Below are positions 33,691-35,325 of a stretch of DNA of 35,325 nucleotides, one piece after another; within the stretch, counting starts at the first letter, position 1, and every line of letters begins with the position of its first letter. The translations under genes were made by a program, and so were the position numbers. The notes beneath the pieces are model-generated. The model did no database searches. It saw only the letters and a program-made list of their open reading frames with translations, and was not told the DNA's origin. Origin of the DNA: Chiloscyllium plagiosum (lineage: Eukaryota); the NCBI RefSeq assembly GCF_004010195.1, contig NC_057720.1:9618289-9653613 (forward strand), read 5' to 3'.

Positions 33691-33995
33691 GCATGGTGGC
33701 TCAGTGGTTAGCACTGCAGCCTCACAGCACCAGGGACAAGGTTTGATTCCAGCCTCGAGCAACTGTCTGTGTGGAGTTTGCACATTCTCCCCGTGTCTGC
33801 GTGCGTTTCCTCCGAGTGCTCCAGTTTTCTCCCATAATCCAAAGATTGGCCATGCTAAATTGTCCGTAGTGTTAGGTGCATTAGTCAGGGGAAACATAGA
33901 GAAACAAGAGATGGGTCAGAGTGGGTTACTCTTCGGAGGGTCAGTGTGGACTTGCTGGGCTGAAGGGCCTGTTTCGACACTGTGAGTATTCTAAG
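33691..33995 (+). mobile_element. HE1-like V-SINE
   Basis: GCATGGTGGCTCAGTGGTTAGCACTGC..GGTTTGATTCC, V domain, tail gggctgaagggcctgtttcgacactgt. Confidence 0.92.
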
Positions 33996-35163
33996 TAACA
34001 TGGACTGCTTCAGCTGACCATTGCCTTCTCAAAATCACAGAACAGTCACAACTGGATGAGTACAGATGCCTCAGAGGGTTGTGAAGCTGGAGGAGGTTGC
34101 AGACAGGGAGAGTGTGAGAACACTGAGGAGTTTGATTACAAGGGATAAGAATCTTAAAATCAAGGTCTTGCTTGATGTAGTTGAGCCAATGTAAGTCAGA
34201 GATCAGAAGGGTAACTGGGGATTGAGAATTAGGTGCAAATGGACAGCAGACGTTTGGATGCCCTTAAAAATGAGAGACCACCCATTATTGGAGCGTAGGC
34301 ATAATGAGAAATGTATGTTGCATGAGCAAGGTGATTGCATGCACCCTTTCATATTTTGCAGTCTGGGTTTGCTTTGATATTATGCCTATCAGTAGCATCA
34401 AAAGGGTATGACAGCAACAAGCCTAGGTTCTGAGCTAGTAATTCATAGCTGCTTTCAATCCATCTGTTGCATCCCCACCTACATATCCTTCAATGTCTTT
34501 CTTCCTCCTGCATCCATCTAATTTCCCCTTGAATAGATGAAAGAAAGAAGACAAAACCAGCCTGATAACAATTTTCATTTACATGAGTCTTTGACCTTTT
34601 ATCCAAGACCATGCTGTGCAAAGATATAATGGAAGAGGCAAACAAAGTCTCACTCAGAGAGATTAGTTTGAAAGTTGCAGAGAGGCAGTGAGGTTTTGGA
34701 AGCTAGTCCCGAAGCTTTGAAAGTCTTGACAGCTGAACACATAGCTGTCAATGTTGGGATAGGCAAGATACTGCATTTGCAGGGGCCCAGTAATTTCTAA
34801 CAGGGTTGGACAGCAAGCTACAGAGGATACAGAGATAAAGAAAAGTGAGTTCTTAGAATTAACAAAAGATGGAAGCCCTAACATTGAGCAGTGCCTTTAT
34901 TGTCAGATGCACTCAAATGAGCGCAGTTAAAAGTTTGTAATGTTGCCTTTTGGCACCATCTCAGGTACAGGATACTGATGTCCAGATATTTATAAGTGCA
35001 TTAAAGAACAAAAGTAGTGTAATTAGAGTAAAACAAAATACTGTAATTACAAAGTGAAAAGTATACAGGTGAGAGTGTGGACAGTTGTAAAAGTCCAGAA
35101 TGATTTTGAATGACCATCAGTGAATTTGGTCTGAGTCTGTGACCAGTGGTACCAGAGCATAAC

Positions 35164-35325
35164 GTCACTCCACCGCGGGAATCGACCCGTTCACTCCACC
35201 CCTCACCACGGGAATCGACTCATTCACTCCCACACCCCACCGCGGGAATCGACCCGTTCACTCCCACACCCCACCGCGGGAATTGACCCATTCACTCCAC
35301 CCCCCTCCCCACCGCGGGATTCGAC
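35164..35325. repeat. CpG-rich minisatellite, 33-38 bp unit, about 5 copies, runs off window end
   Basis: GGGA(A/T)T(C/T)GAC core starts at 35177, 35210, 35244, 35278 and 35316; unit approximately CCACCGCGGGAATCGACCCGTTCACTCCCACACC. Confidence 0.95.

Larger units (their letters stand above)
31775..34035 (+). mobile_element. L2/CR1-group LINE (RT to 3' UTR), decayed; hosts a solo LTR and an HE1 SINE
   Basis: WRWTIKKLIG, aaggctatggcccctgacaac (KAMAPDN), QFGFCQGHSAPDLITALVQTW, DINSAFD, GMFTDD; multiple stops and frameshifts. Confidence 0.9.

Noticed and set aside
35164..35325. CRISPR-like array (palindromic repeats of about 30 bp)
   Set aside because: No unique spacers, only short variable C-rich linkers; no cas genes; vertebrate context

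Overview
Repeat-dense vertebrate non-coding DNA, almost certainly from an elasmobranch (shark-like): it carries HE1-type V-SINEs, Deu-domain SINEs and many CR1-clade LINEs. The window is probably intronic or intergenic. No host gene could be identified, and every recognisable ORF is a decayed retrotransposon fragment (CR1 endonuclease/RT, an L2/CR1-group RT, a Rex1/Babar-like C-terminus). Two solo LTRs, several nested insertions with readable target-site duplications (TSDs), a 37-N assembly gap and a terminal CpG-rich minisatellite are present. The most interesting signal is a set of short non-coding mobile elements, often fold-back, from three sequence families (called P1-P3 here). They carry minimal type-I hammerhead ribozyme cores (CTGANGA-stem II-GAAA-2 nt-TH) of the kind known from Penelope-like elements and retrozymes. 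Two cores are intact (30845-30879 + and 25281-25308 -), one P1 copy is circularly permuted, and two P1 copies end at or next to the predicted self-cleavage site. Family names come from recalled consensus motifs, not database searches. Boundaries of old repeats are approximate.
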